The notes beneath the pieces are model-generated. The model made no database searches. It saw only the letters and a program-made list of their open reading frames with translations, and had not been told where the DNA came from. DNA of 64,000 nucleotides from positions 558,001 through 622,000 of the forward strand of contig CM022673.1 of NCBI GenBank assembly GCA_012295275.1, given 5' to 3'. Made by a program: the position numbers and the translations under genes. Shown here one piece after another: positions 1 to 14,250 of this stretch. Origin of the DNA: Chrysomallon squamiferum (lineage: Eukaryota; Animalia; Mollusca). Within the stretch, counting starts at the first letter, position 1, and every line of letters begins with the position of its first letter.

Positions 1-1601
1 ATCTATAGAAGAAAAATAATTTACTCTTTTCAAAAGTAACCCGAGCAACCATTCTCCTCAATTCTAAAAATTCTGAAATCAAATTAAATAGCTGTTTACT
101 TTTGTTTTAATGCTTTTTGCTGTAATTTATGCCTCATATATCAAATTGCCTTTAGCCCAAGTTTCAACAACGCTGCATAATTAGCTAGATAATGCTCAGG
201 TTTTTGGTGGAATTGTACACACAGAAGAATATTGCTCTGCCATATTTATTTCTGAACATATCTGTAAAAGATGGAAAGATTACAAATCTGTGTCGGGTTC
301 AGAAAAGTCATGGTTGCTTCCCAAGATACCAAGTTCTCAATGAAAGGTTTATCAAAGCAGGTTACACAATTCATGAAAAGTTGGCCAACAATATATCTAT
401 TCTGGGTTTTTTGCCAGCATTATAGAATTATATTTCCCATGACAAGTCCACATACATATCTGAAATGATTTTTTGACAATTTTTGGCAGGAATATAATTG
501 TAGTTTATGTCTTTTATGAAGTAAAGTTAGTAAGTATGAATGAAAATTATTACAAAGATACAGAATATTACTGTATCAAGGATGAAATAATAAAGAAAAG
601 AACTTTGTTTGGAAGCGTGGAAAAACAGTTTTATTAAATAACTCAATCAACAAATTTTTAATGCTGATACAATGAACATTAGAAAAGAAATCATTGATGC
701 AACATGATGAACTATTGCTTTTCGATTAGAAGCAATGAATCTTTTATATGAACTTTCCCACTAACAATTGTCATTGTTGATAGAAGAAGGTATAACATCT
801 GTAACATTAAACATCTTCTAATGATTATATATGCTGATACCCTCACTAATTGGCTATGAAACCTAAGTACATACCACAAGTTTATAGCACTGTTTTAGAC
901 CAACACTTCACTATAAATGTTATAGTGCTGATAACTGAGATTCACTAAGATCTGAGGTAGTATTGCCCAAATGTGTTTTGCCATGTCACATTATTCTTGC
1001 CTATGTATGTGCCAAAATGTGCCAATTAACTTATTTCTGGTCATTCCAAAGATACCTATGGTCAGAGTAAACTGTCAGTACAACAAATTTTTTAGACCAA
1101 CAATATAAAAAAAAAAAAAAAAAAAAAAAGGAGAAAACAAAACAAAAAATGCAAATAAATTTAAATCTTCAGGTACTAAATCTATGTTATTGGACCATAC
1201 TTTTAAACTACTGTTACTTTATCCATAGGTTGCAGGATCACATATCTGCAATGTGTTCATTGACCAGTTGTTTCCAATTCCAGACAATGCACTAGAACTA
1301 GTTTAATAATAAAGTGGTATGTTTTCATAGGAAGGTGTGTATAATGATTACCTTTCTCCCTGTAAGGAAGTAAGGCACCATGTCTTGATAAAAACACAAG
1401 CTTATTTTCATGTAATAATGATATTCAATTTTCCATGTGAAATACATTTACTTAACCTATGAAATAAAGATATATAATACATGCATGAACAAGATGTTTT
1501 AAGAATTATCCAATTACGCAACAGTTACTGCTACTCAAAGTATCAGCTTAATATGTAATGATAATTTAAAATAAAATTTTTGATCATTCTTTTTCTTATT
1601 T

Positions 1602-1605
<4 letters not shown>

Positions 1606-1677
<72 letters not shown>
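1606..1677. repeat. (TTTA)n/(TTA)n microsatellite
   Basis: Directly visible. Confidence 0.95.
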
Positions 1678-3556
1678 TAATGTACAGAATAATCTTCTTA
1701 ATCTGCAGATTCTACACCAATTATTCTGCAATATATATTGAGGCAATTGAGTGTGACCATCTTAATGGTATAGAAAAATGTGATACAGTGTTGTATGTAT
1801 CTGGTTCAGCAGGATGACTTTCAGCAAATCAGTTTCCACAAATGACAATGTTAAAGATAGCACAGTGATGATGTGAAGATAAACTGATTTGTAGACATAT
1901 CACAATTACATACTGAGAAATATGCTTATGAAACATCATTAATAAGAAACCAAAATACTTTTTTATATTAACTGGTCAGACTCTTTACTTCAATTTATGT
2001 AAATTTCATGTAGGTTCACTTAAAATACAAAAATGATTTAACCTAAATTACATTCATTTTTCTCATTCTCCTTCCTAGACCTACTCCTGAATTCTCATAT
2101 CCTTAACTGTTTGTCCATTGTCATCCTTCACCATCTATTATTCCTAATCACTCACTGTTTCTGTACCTTTCTTTCTACTTCCCATTCATTTTCTCAGTGG
2201 TCCTGGAGTTTGGGAGCAAAAACTAAAATATAAGTGCTGGTAACATAATCAAAACCATTATCACAGACCTCTGGCCTTCCAGCACTGACCTCTGACCTCT
2301 GTGAAATATTGAGGCATGCACATGGCCATCCCAGCTTCTGTTTTACCACCTTGGAGATAACAGACAAGCATCTATCATTTTCAGCTTCATTTGCTGATAC
2401 ACATAAGAATGTGGAGTGAATGCCTGTTACAAATTTAGAATTCATCACCTCTTAATCTAGAAGATAGCCTCTCTAGCCCTCCCCTTCTTCTTCCAGTGGA
2501 GACACAAAATTTACACACTGTAACCCTGCTGGTCACCATCTAGTGGTATTGGTCAGTGTCTGGAAAAACTGGTCAGCTTTGAGAATTGGTCAGTATTGAG
2601 AACTAGTCTGGTTTTAAATGTTTTGCTAAATGCTTGGAAGAAATCAGGTTTTGAAATAATTGGCCCTTTTATAAAAGAAATGATAAGTATTTTGAAACTT
2701 GGCAGTAAACATAAAATGAAATAAAATAAAATAAATATAATTTATACCCCCCAAAATGACCAAAAAAACCCCCAAAACCACTGGAAAAAAAAAAAAAAAA
2801 AAAAAAGACACCTAAACATTGAAGATAAATTAAAATTAAAATAAAATGAAACTTATTATAAATAGGTTTTTCAACAGAAATTTAGATATTGTCAGTATTT
2901 ATAATCCTGATTAGTGAGGCTAAAGTGTACATCCTGGGTAGGTTTAAGAAATTTGATAATTATGTTATTTGGAATGAAAACTCCAATAAAAATACATGTA
3001 TATTTTGATATGACAAACAATTCATAAAGAAAAAAAGAGAGAGACACAGAGAGACAGAAAGACATAGGGAGAAAATGCATGACAGACTGATAGTCAGACA
3101 GAAAAACAAAAAACCCAGTAGAAATCCAAATAGTACTAAACACTGTAATGGAAGTAACAGCTTACTATTTGTATTTGACATTCTCATCCATTTCATATAA
3201 AGTGTGGGTATCAATATTCAGAGGCAAAAATATTTATCTATGGTAGAGGTAGATAATGCCAGGCACAGTATTTGACTGATAAAGATATATGAATGACAGA
3301 TACTATTACACCTCAGTGCATTGTAACTGCTGTCACCATAACAGTAACATTTACTAAAGGTACACTGAAGGTTAAGATCTGGCCAGTTGTTAAGAACTGA
3401 TCATAATTTAAAAGAATGAGTTAGCATACTGAAAAACTTTTCAGGGCATATAACTGATTATTATTTGAAAGTGATCTATTTTTTAAAATAGAAGTTTTAG
3501 TTTTCTCACTCATTCGTACTTTCTATAGGTCATTCTGTCTTTCTTTCCCCCGGGTG

Positions 3557-3779
<223 letters not shown>

Positions 3780-4609
3780 TTTTCACTTATTCACACTAAA
3801 ATATAAACCGTTAAGCCTCTGGTTTCTTCTTCAGTACTGCTAAATAAAACATTTATTCATTTCCTTATCTATTCATTTAAACATATGAATACATCAAACA
3901 AATAATGTATCCATTTCAAGCAAGATTAGTGTAAAATTGTTACCCAATTGTACCCTGAACAATACTGCCTTTTATCCAACAGTTTCCTTTCATTTAAATA
4001 GTACGTTCATTGTTCACACAGTTCCTGTGTAGCACTCGAGACAAATTATTATTTTTTAATATATGTGTCTACTTATCTTTTAAGTAATGGAATTTTGATA
4101 AATATGAAATTATTTTGTTAACACAAGATATACATACAACTAATGAGAAAACTGAGCACCTAAAAAACATCTACTTTATCAACTTCCTGTTATTTTTTTT
4201 TTTTTTTTTTTAAAGTAATAAAACACAGGAAGTTACAAAGAAAACATCCAGAGATGGAGTTCTTAAAAAAATTAGAAATATTAAAGAGAGCTTAATTTAT
4301 TTTAAAATTAAATTTTGATTCCAGAATTTAATCCCAGTTAATAATATTTTTTATTCTTCCAATGTGACATATTATATTTATTTATTTATTTATTTAAAAA
4401 GCAAAAGAAGAAAAGATAACAAGTCTGTTTCTGTCTGTCTGTATCTCTCTTTCTGTCTATTTCTGTATGTGCATCTATCTTCTCCGTTATCACTATCCAT
4501 TGTTTTTATACATATTATTCTTTTCCATATTTGATTTTTTAATGATACTATATACATCTTTTATTATACCTATCAAACAAAGTATAATCCATATATCAGT
4601 TAATCTAAT

Positions 4610-5440
4610 CCTGTGATGATAATCTGTCGTTTTGGATATAATGTACATGTGTGCATGTGTGAATTCAGGCATGTTGGTGTTCGTGTAAGTGGTCTATCAC
4701 CTGTGGTAACACCTTGCACAGACAGATTAAAGCCAGCAACTCTCACAGGCCACATTATCCCTGACAGAACAGGCATTTCAGCAAGGACAGTCCAAAGATA
4801 TCTAAACATCTACAGCATCAGTGCAAGATGACTAGCTAGAAGGCCAATCCTGATGCCAGGACACTGACAATGATGCAGATAATACCAGCAACGGAAACTA
4901 CCTGACTGGAAACATGAACCTATTTTCTTTTCCATGGATCTGAAGCCAGATGACACTTTGCAAATGTTAGGGTGAACTTTATTTCAAGCCATGTTTTTAC
5001 TTAAATGGAATCATTTTGGAGATTGTGGCATTATAATTTGGGATAGAATTGCACACAACAGGCTGGACCCAGGTTTTGTTACTGAAGACAATCTGAATGT
5101 TATGAGAAATGGAAATGTAATTTTTCAAACAACTGCATAACCATTTTTGCAACAGAACAACACCAGGATGACATTACAACATGATAAGTCAGACAACACA
5201 CTGGTACAGTTGCACAGCAGTATCTCCATCAGAACATGTTAATCAATTGACAATGTCTAAGATGAAATGGAGTGATGCTTGTGACATCTTCAAAACCCTA
5301 CAACAATGCAGCAACTCCTGCTTAACCTTCCTCATTTCTGGAATGAGATTTCCAGGAACCTTCTCCAGTGGTTAGTGGCCTCAGTGAATTGAAAGTTCCT
5401 GTGTCAATGCTCAATTTGCATATGGCAGGTGCATCCTTTT
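4610..5440 (+). mobile_element. Decayed Tc1/mariner (Tc1-type) transposase pseudogene
   Basis: Collinear degenerate motifs across stops and frameshifts: SGLSPVVTPCTDR (SGRPRVTT..DR), ISARTVQRYL..SAR*LARRPIL (TVRRRL..ARRP.L), HFGDCGIIIWDRI (FGGGSVMVWGGI), DNLNVMR (GNLNA.RY), FLQQNNTR (FQQDNARPH), SPSEHV (SPIEHVW), WNEISRNLLQWLVAS and CVNAQ (C-terminus). TIRs not recognised. Confidence 0.85.
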
Positions 5441-5834
5441 CTTGGACTATTGCTTGTTTCCATAGTTTCAGACATTTCTTTCCATGTTATATTGTAACTT
5501 ACCATCAATTATCTTTGATGTTTGTATGTCACAGTAACTCATGCCTTTTAGAATACATAATACTATTAAGAATAATATATAGAATGTAAATAAAAGAATT
5601 TACATAAATTACATTATGTGGTTATTAATTTTCTACAGGGAATTTTTGTTATACTTTATTTTACATAGATCATACAAAGATTGGACTCACTCTCAGTACA
5701 TATTAAACTCCATCCAATCACATTCTTCACATTCTTTAAACACTGGTTTTATCATGCTTAGAACAAAAGTGATGAAATTTATAACAGCACAATAACTTTA
5801 TATAACTTTTCTATGTCAATATAATATTACATAC

Positions 5835-6383
5835 CTGTTGTTTGTCCTTACTGAGGCTTTCCTTAATATTCTGTAACTGTGCAATCATTTCAGCCAATCT
5901 CTGTTCTTTGTCCTGAATTGGGCTCTCGCTACTAAGAAGCTGCTGTACACTCTCATACACTTTTGATTCTTTCCCTGTCAATCCGCTGCCATCATCCTTT
6001 GACTCAGAATCCATGGATTTGCTGTTGAGACGTCGGAGAACACTCTCCATTGACTTTCTGTGCAGTCCCAAGGGAGACTTTGTTGGTGAGATACAATTGT
6101 TATTGTTATTATTGTGGTTCACATGTAGTTCTCGTTCTGAGTCAGAGTCAGTATCGTTGTCTGCACCGTTATGCCGATTCTTGGTAGATGGTATGTCTAA
6201 ATTGCTGTCTGATGTGTTGTGGCTGTCCTCACTGCTCACACTGTTGTTACTGGAAATAGTGAAATGTTTCATCTCACCATCATTGTCAAAGTTCATACCT
6301 TCACAGTTAGAGTTGTTCAGTCGCTGTGTTACGACGTCGTCCTTTGATAGCTTTGTTGGGGTATTTTTACGCTTTGAAGACAT
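5835..6383 (-). CDS. SoxD: SoxD-group HMG-box transcription factor (Sox5/6/13/Sox102F-like), N-terminal coding exon, 183 codons; HMG box lies outside the window
   Basis: Translation starts MSSKRKNTPTKL (SOX5: MSSKRPASP). It contains HRKSMESVLRRL (SOX5: RRKGSLADVVDTL) and SPIQDKEQRLAEMIAQLQNIKESL (SOX5 leucine zipper: [26 protein letters not shown]). The acceptor ttacttgcag|GAGTATG puts the exon start at 6387 and the ATG at 6383. The donor CAACAG|gtatgt puts the exon end at 5835, phase 0. Family comparison is from memory, not from a search. Confidence 0.9.
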
Positions 6384-9300
6384 ACTCCTGCAAGTAATTA
6401 AATTAATAAATATAAACATTTACAAAAACAAATTATAATTTTAACTGTAATTAGTGTAAAAACAAATTTCTTATATTATAATTTTTTTAAGTTTTGAAAA
6501 TGTACTCATGGTTAAAAAATTAAAATTAAAAAACCATTACATGAAACTTTAAATATTTTAAAACTAGATCACGATTTTAAATTTCAACCAACACAAATGA
6601 AAATGATCTCTATAGTTTCCTGGGCATATTTTAATGAGAATTTAAATATTTTTGTAATACATCAGAATTTCAGTTTTAACCAGTATAAACCAAATATTCA
6701 AGCTAAATCTCTTACAGTACTTTTATGCTTTGAAGAGATTTCCTTCAATACTGACCTATTATGATACTTACTGATTTTATAAATACAAAAGGTGATAAAT
6801 GAATTTTTAAACATCGACTGTAACCTAGCAATAGCTTAGAGTAGGAGAATATCAAATTTTAAAACAAACAATAAACTCTCCATCCAATATATCTGATAAC
6901 AGGAATATTCTAATATTAATTAAAACACCATTTTAGTTATTCAGATTCATTTAATTTCAAGGCTGTGTAACTATTCTAGAAGAAAAATGTTTTTAATTTC
7001 TTTGATCAGTGACATACAAATTATTTAGGGATATAAATATATATTTTTATTGGATTTTCTTTTTTTGTATTTTCTTTTTAATATATTGCTTCAGAACAGA
7101 CATATTAGAACAAAAATAATAAAAATATCATAACCTGCTTAAATATCCCATCTTTATTTTTTTAATCTGGCCTAATTATCTTTGAAAATATGATAAATTA
7201 AAATATTTCCGTAATTAAAGTATTTATATATAATATAGATCACCACCTTGTTTTTATTTTTCAATTAAAATTCATAGTAACATTTACAATTTTCAAGAAA
7301 TAACTGAATTAATTTTAACAGAAAAACATACATTACAATAACAAATAAATTAATTTGACAAGCCAGAAAGTGTCTAGGTATTTGGCAAATAAGCTGATGG
7401 TAATCTTATGGTAGAGATTGTACAAAGAAAGATATTTTTTTTTCTTCCAAACAACATGAGCGAGAGAAAGCAAAGAATTAGCGAAATAAGCAAAAATAAG
7501 GTTTCCTCACAATGTACATTGTGCAAGAAGGATTAATCTGACAGAACATTAATGTAGGTTTGTATTTTCTTATCAGCCAATCATGACGAAGAACAGGTCT
7601 ATGGCTGCCTTCAACAGAAGTGCCAGCCTCTGACATGCAGAATGGCCCTAGTCCATGTGTTCCTTGTCTTTGGGGGATCTGTTCTTTTGATAAAGCAGAA
7701 CTGTGAAAAAGCCAGCCAAGGCCCTGCCTTCCCATGATTTACACAACTCCAAAGTTGGCCGATTAAATTCTTAAGCCCTTTCTTTATTGACAACCAATCT
7801 TTCTACAGGCAATCTCACAGTGAAGTAACCAAGTTCTGACTACAAAAAAATTCAAGTCATATTTGACAAGCTCATCTTTGTTTTCTAAGTTTTCATAAAG
7901 AAACATTTTTGTTCACCATCTCTTGATCCCTGGGACCTGTGTGTTTGCATCAGAGATAGCAAAATATAAATTTCCTTACTCCTTTTTACCTACACATACA
8001 CCTTCCAGTGGGGGAAAATGGGGGAAAAAAAAAGATATAGTGAAATTGTCTGGCTTTGATTCATGTTATAAATGTTATTTGTCAACACTTTTCATGGGGG
8101 ATGTCAGTGATATCTTCAGAAACTGTTCCACTGAACAAACAAGCTGTTCCTGGAACAGGGTCAACTTCTAATAGAAAGGCAATATGTGGTGGGACTTGCT
8201 TATAATTAATTTAATCTTATCTTTGATACTGACAATATATATAACAATACCAAAATTAGGCATCAGAGTATTTTATATTACCTTTTTTCTTTCTTTTTTT
8301 TAATATCAAAAATTATATCTAAAAGGAAAAAGTAAAAAAAAAATCTTATTTTATAAAATAGAGAATTTTATATTAAATTATTTTATTTTATAATTGTTTT
8401 TAACATTTTGATCAATTATATACATTCTAACAATATTTTCATTTTAATTTTAAAATAGAAAAGGGAATATACAGATCCTGTTAATATTTAACTTTATATT
8501 TTAAATATTTTTGAACTTACTAATAGTATGTAATAACAAATGTATTATCAAGTTGTATTATAATAATTATATATATCATATTTTTAAAATTCCTAAATCT
8601 TAATCTATCTCAAAGAAACAATACAAAAAAGGATTTTAAAAAGATCATATATAAGCATATAACTCAAAGAAAAATTCAGGTACATTACTGAAAATCAAAC
8701 CATAAAACAAAGAAATTAACAATGAGAAAAACAATTAAAACACCATACCAAAACATGCTCCAGAAAACAATCCCTGTGCAAATGAAGATTCTCACCGAGT
8801 AATCAACAAATTAATATTTGGGTCTCTTTGAAGCCGAAAAATACTTCCTTTAAATTGATTAATGGCCACAGGATAAGAGTTGTATAATAATAATAATAAA
8901 TGTATGTAAGTAGTATTGAAGCCAGTATGGCAATTAGTGAGTGATAACTCATAATGAGGTTTTGTCGTATGCTGACAGTAAATGATTGGTGTACAAGAAT
9001 ACCATGGTTACTACCTGATAACAACATTTTAACAGTTTTTAAAAACTAATTAACTGTTAATTTTAACAGAGAACCAAACAAAGACAGCTGACAGACAGAG
9101 ATACAGATAAACAGAATGACTGAGATTGATAGAATAGAGATGGAAGGATGAATGAATGGATAGAATGATAGAATAAAATAATAGATACAGAGGTTGGATC
9201 TAAATAATGAGACAGGCAGACACTCAGTGATAGGTTAAAATAATAAAGAAAAACAGAAAACAATCAAATATTTCTGATATATGCAGATATTTAAACTTGA

Positions 9301-9824
9301 TCTTTGATAATTAAATATAAATATATGTGTTAAAACAATGTTACATATATCAGAACACCCCAAAACAATAATTATATATAATTTCATAGGAAATAATGGA
9401 AGAAGGTGAACCAATGTGAATACAATGTAGTATTTTAAAACACAAAAAAAACCCTAAAATGTTTGGAGAAAAAAACAAAAACTTAAATCTTAACAATCAA
9501 AACATCTTTCATCAAACAAATAAACATACAGAGTGACTTATTCCTCATAATTTCTTTCTGATTTTTTTTTTTTTCACCTATACCTATAAGTGTATGAATC
9601 TCATTTGTTAGTTTTGTCATGTTATAAATCACTAAGATCAATAGGCAAGTACTTTAATGAATTACCAATCGGTTGTAGTTTGAACTGGTGATGCCCAGGG
9701 CAGTTACCTCAACAGAGAAACCTGCGCATTGGGTGATCATTCATCTCAAAGGGACAAACATTTGTTCACCTTCCTGACACTTCTTTGCATTCTTCAGTGA
9801 TAATTAATTTACTTAAAATAATAA

Positions 9825-10732
9825 TCTAATAATAACATGTTTTATGAGTGAAACAGTGGTATCATGGTTTACTAGTGATATAAGCAAGTAGACAATTAAT
9901 AATATTTCTTAAAATAATAGAAAATAACATGTTTTACATGGGTTAGCAGTGGTATTTACTGTTTAATCATCATATTCTATAAATAGTATTCTATAAATAA
10001 CATTTAAAATTTTTAAAAATTGTGGAACTGATGCTTATGATAAGAAGTATTCATTCAATTAATAATATATTTTAAAATAACTGTAAAATATAACATCTTT
10101 TAAAGCATGTGTCATGTATGATAAAAAATAATATTTACAGTTTCTAATGATATAAGCAATTAATAATATGTAATATAAAATTAATATATATTTAGTAATA
10201 TAGGTTAACATACAATTAATAGTTTATCTTAATAGAAAATTAATAATTTATCTTAATACATAATTAAAATAATAGTAAAGTAATAACAAGTTTTATATGC
10301 AATACAGTAAATAAATATTTCTCTTACTGATTAGAAGCCAGTGTTCTTTTACATGCTTCTTCAAAGACAGATAAAAATACTCTGGTCTGTGATAAAAGAC
10401 AATGACTGCAATGGGCTTTTTATCTGTCATCTACTTACTCTGAGCTGTTTTCTAACTCTAGTTCACTCACTCCTTAAAACCAATGCGAGTCAGGTAAATT
10501 AGTATCCAGGAACAGAAAGCTTGTATATATGGAGGGATGGTGCTGTTAATCAGTAAGCAAGGACACAGATAATAATCAAGTCAGCTAGGTTCAGGGACCT
10601 CATTTCCATTCAATGATATTGGTCACTATTCAGTTAGTTTTCTATTAATATTAATTTAACTTTTAATGCTGTTCCTAGAAGATTTGAATATTAGTGTTCA
10701 CTAGTGTTATAAACAAGTATTCATATATATAT

Positions 10733-10769
<37 letters not shown>

Positions 10770-11700
10770 CTTTTGATATATGTAATACAGTAATAATGTA
10801 CAATAATAATGTAAAATTAAAACAGTAATACTTAAAACTATTTATCAGTATAATACTTAAACATTTATCTTATCCCTCTGAACCAACAGGCCCTGAATCC
10901 TCTGATGATTCATTTTTTTTACAATTTTTTCCACACAACCAATATATTGGGTTCAGAGAATATAGCTACTTAATATTCATATCAATGATGGAAAAAAAAC
11001 AACATTGTAGCTAATCAGCTGTATAGCATAGAAAAAGAATCAAAAAAGTTTTGTTAAAACAAATTAGATAATTCTGAAGATGATGATGAGTAAATCATAC
11101 TTGAACGAGTAAACAGTGTTAAGTAAACAATATGTAAAAATGTATTTCAGGTGTGGTTACTGTCGCAGATATTTCAGCTGACTGATTTTGCTGGCATATT
11201 TGGCTTGAGATTACTGACAATGATTAAAGTTACAAGGTATAAAAATTTATTTATTCATGTAACTGATCTACTAAATACAATACAAGCCATTTATGAGGTT
11301 AAATATATATTTTGTTAATTTAAATAATTTCATTCTTCTGGAGCACAGGATTAAGGACAAAACTGATTTAGAGAATATAAGTTCAAAGTTTTAATACAGT
11401 AATCCAGCAATAACATGTTTTATGGGTGATGACAGTGATATAAACAAGTATAATTAATAATATATCTTTACTAATGATATTTTTAATAAATAATATATTT
11501 GTTTTATATGTGATAATAATGATAAAAGCAAACAGTATTCAGGTAATATCTTAATACATAATTTATTTCATATCTTATTATAATAATATATATTTTACAT
11601 GTGAAGTTATAAAGGTAAATAAATATAACCATTACTGATGAGAAGCCACTTAAGTTTTACATGCTGTTTCACAGACTGGAAAATATACTATGGTATTTGA
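9825..11700. repeat. Old local duplication or degenerate AT-rich repeat
   Basis: 10307-10392 (taaataaatat..ttactgattagaagcca..ttttacatgct..atactctggt) aligns with 11616-11700 (taaataaatat..ttactgatgagaagcca..ttttacatgct..atactatggt). The motif aataacatgtttta recurs near 9831, 9923 and 11409, with a variant near 10282. Confidence 0.75.
10723..10767. repeat. (AT)n microsatellite, interrupted
   Basis: Directly visible. Confidence 0.9.
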
Positions 11701-12870
11701 CCAATCAGACCCAAGCTGAAATAACGTAAGTACAGAGATCACTGATCTTTTGACCTGGAGATTAGTCTAACCATAGACTGGACCTTTAAATTCAAGGTGA
11801 GTTAAGTAAATTAAGAATCATTATCCAAAGATATATAAACCAGCTGAGGTTTAAAGATTCAGTTCTGTCTGAAATCTTCTACCTGGGGCTGATGGGAAAG
11901 AATATTATTGTTTTCATTCCAAATAATGTGCTGCTATTTTGATATTGTCTAAGACTGGCAACTTACTAGTAGTGTTATCTCTGGGTTTATGTTTTGTTTA
12001 TTAGCTGCTATTTTAAAAAATGTTCCTTCATTATATACTGATTTTTGATTTCCCAGTTGTTAAATTCCTATCAGTTAAATTATATAATCTGAAAACAAAG
12101 CAGTAAATCTTTCAAACTGTTATGAAAATCACGGTTATGTTGTTGGGTTTTTGATTTTATTTATTTTTTTAGTTTATTTATTTATTTTATATATATATAG
12201 TTTTAGCATTCCAAATTTTATTGTGCTAAAAAAAAATTCAGGATTATTTTCCCCTATCCTCTTTTTAGCAATTTCATTAAATCAAGCATTTCCCCCTACA
12301 CATCTTTAAAAACGTAGTTATGTTTTATTACTTTTTTTTTTTTTTTTTTTTTTTTTACAGTTGTTCCCCCCCCCCTTTAGCCCATTGAATGTGAGAATGT
12401 CATAAAATTTATAAACATAAATGGAAACACATGTATTTGTACATGGTTATCTAAGCCTACTCTTAAAACACTGATTCATACAAAGACTGGCACATTATTC
12501 AGCAATGCTGAAGCAAAAGTTAAGCAGTTTCCCTGATTAATTTTGACAATATTTGCCTCAAGGCACTGCAAATGGTACAAGCACTAATGGAGAAAACCAT
12601 AAAACTGTCAGAAGGCGTGGTCATTAGTTCTACCCTGTAAAACAGGGAATGTGGATTGTTACTATTCTTCACAAATTGTTTCCCTTGTTCACATTGTTTC
12701 CTTCTTTTATGAAGATTTCTACCAGGACCCCAAACAGATATATGTTAGAAAACCAAAATTTCATTATCATTTTCTTTCTCAGTTTTGTTTGTATTTTTTA
12801 TTTTTTTATTTTAAATATTTATCTAAAAAAATTTCCCCAATATTTTCAGAGCAATGAAAATTGCCAGTAA

Positions 12871-12902
<32 letters not shown>

Positions 12903-13729
12903 ATTTATAGGCTTATTTAAAGCATAATATTCCTTTTCCCAGATTGATTTTTCTTTCTTTCTTTCTCACTGACAGAATATCATTCTTTTAAAACAAACAG
13001 AGCAGATGTAAGCTTCAAACTGACTGGCTTTTGAGCATTCACAGTAAAGAACAAACTGATCAATATATACTTTACACAGCTTATATTGCACACCTGTTCA
13101 TTGCAAATGTTTCCAAAGTTAGCAGTCTTTTCAAAACATCCAGAAAAACACACAGTACATATTTCAAATGAAATAAGAATGTTTTAATATAACTAATTTT
13201 AAAAATAAATGAATGTTTAATGGCACCCACAATTGTAAAAAAATAATAATGATTATGACAATGATGATGTTGATAATGATGAAGGTAACAATAATATAAA
13301 AACAAATAAATAACAGTAATAATTAAATTAAACCTCTATAATAATAAAAATATAATACATACAAACATTTAAAAAAAACAAATTTAAATTAAGTTATTGT
13401 GACAACTTTATATGTAAGGATTAAGGTATATTTTAAATGGAAAATATTCCAAGCCAATAGGCAATGTTTTTTTAATTTTTGTTTAAATCTATTTTAAGAA
13501 TTAGAATATATATTAAAAATAATCCATGCCAACAGTCAGTGGGATAATTTTTGTATCCAGCATTACATGTAAGAAAATTCAACAAGACTTGTCATATTAA
13601 AGACAGATTTCTTACTTTATCAGGTAGTTCTAGTAGTTACGGATTTATTCTCTTTACATTAATTTGAGCCTATAAAATCTTAATCTATGCTCAAACTTAG
13701 ATATGGATTATTGAATCAACCTGCAAAAT

Positions 13730-14250
13730 AAACCCATTTAAGATTACTCTAAGTACTGCATTCAAATACTAAATTATAACAAACTTCATTCAAATACCTT
13801 TTTATTACCAATTATTTCAGCTCTTTTTATAAATTAATACAATGAATCATGTTCTAATATTATTTTATTAGTAATTACTGTTCAAGAATATTTATATTTT
13901 ATTATGTGACTGAAATCATTATTAATAGTATTATTATAACCAAAGCTATTTGGAATTATTCAAATTTCAATATCAAAACATTCCTTCAAATGTATACTGC
14001 ACTGTAACCAAATACTTAAAACATTATTAAAAATGAAATGTCTGTATTTATTCAAAAATTCCATTATAACTAAAGCCATTCAAAATTTGAACTACTCATT
14101 TACTGCATTATACCAAATTCATTCATACAACATGATAACTAATAATAAAAGATCACTCAAACTTCCTAACAGTATTTGTCATACATATGACATTACAATC
14201 TAATTCATCAAAATGTTGCTTTATAACCAAATCTGTTCATTGATTACACT
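13730..14250. repeat. Highly degenerate minisatellite (attataaccaaa..attcaaa-like)
   Basis: The motif recurs near 13775, 13933, 14002, 14063, 14107 and 14220. Confidence 0.45.

Noticed and set aside
1825-1891. 11-bp inverted repeat whose minus strand resembles the 3' part of bantam miRNA
   Set aside because: The seed region (UGAGAUC) is absent and the inner stem pairs poorly.
5811-6419. The full 202-aa ORF as a single-exon gene
   Set aside because: The terminal residues (MFIFINLITC and VCNIILT) are intronic read-through beyond clear splice sites.
6013-6438. 141-aa plus-strand ORF
   Set aside because: Antisense shadow of the SoxD exon.
9700-9800. Minus-strand donor GAG|gtaact as a leader exon
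   Set aside because: No in-frame start, and donor-like motifs are common. Cannot be supported without RNA data.
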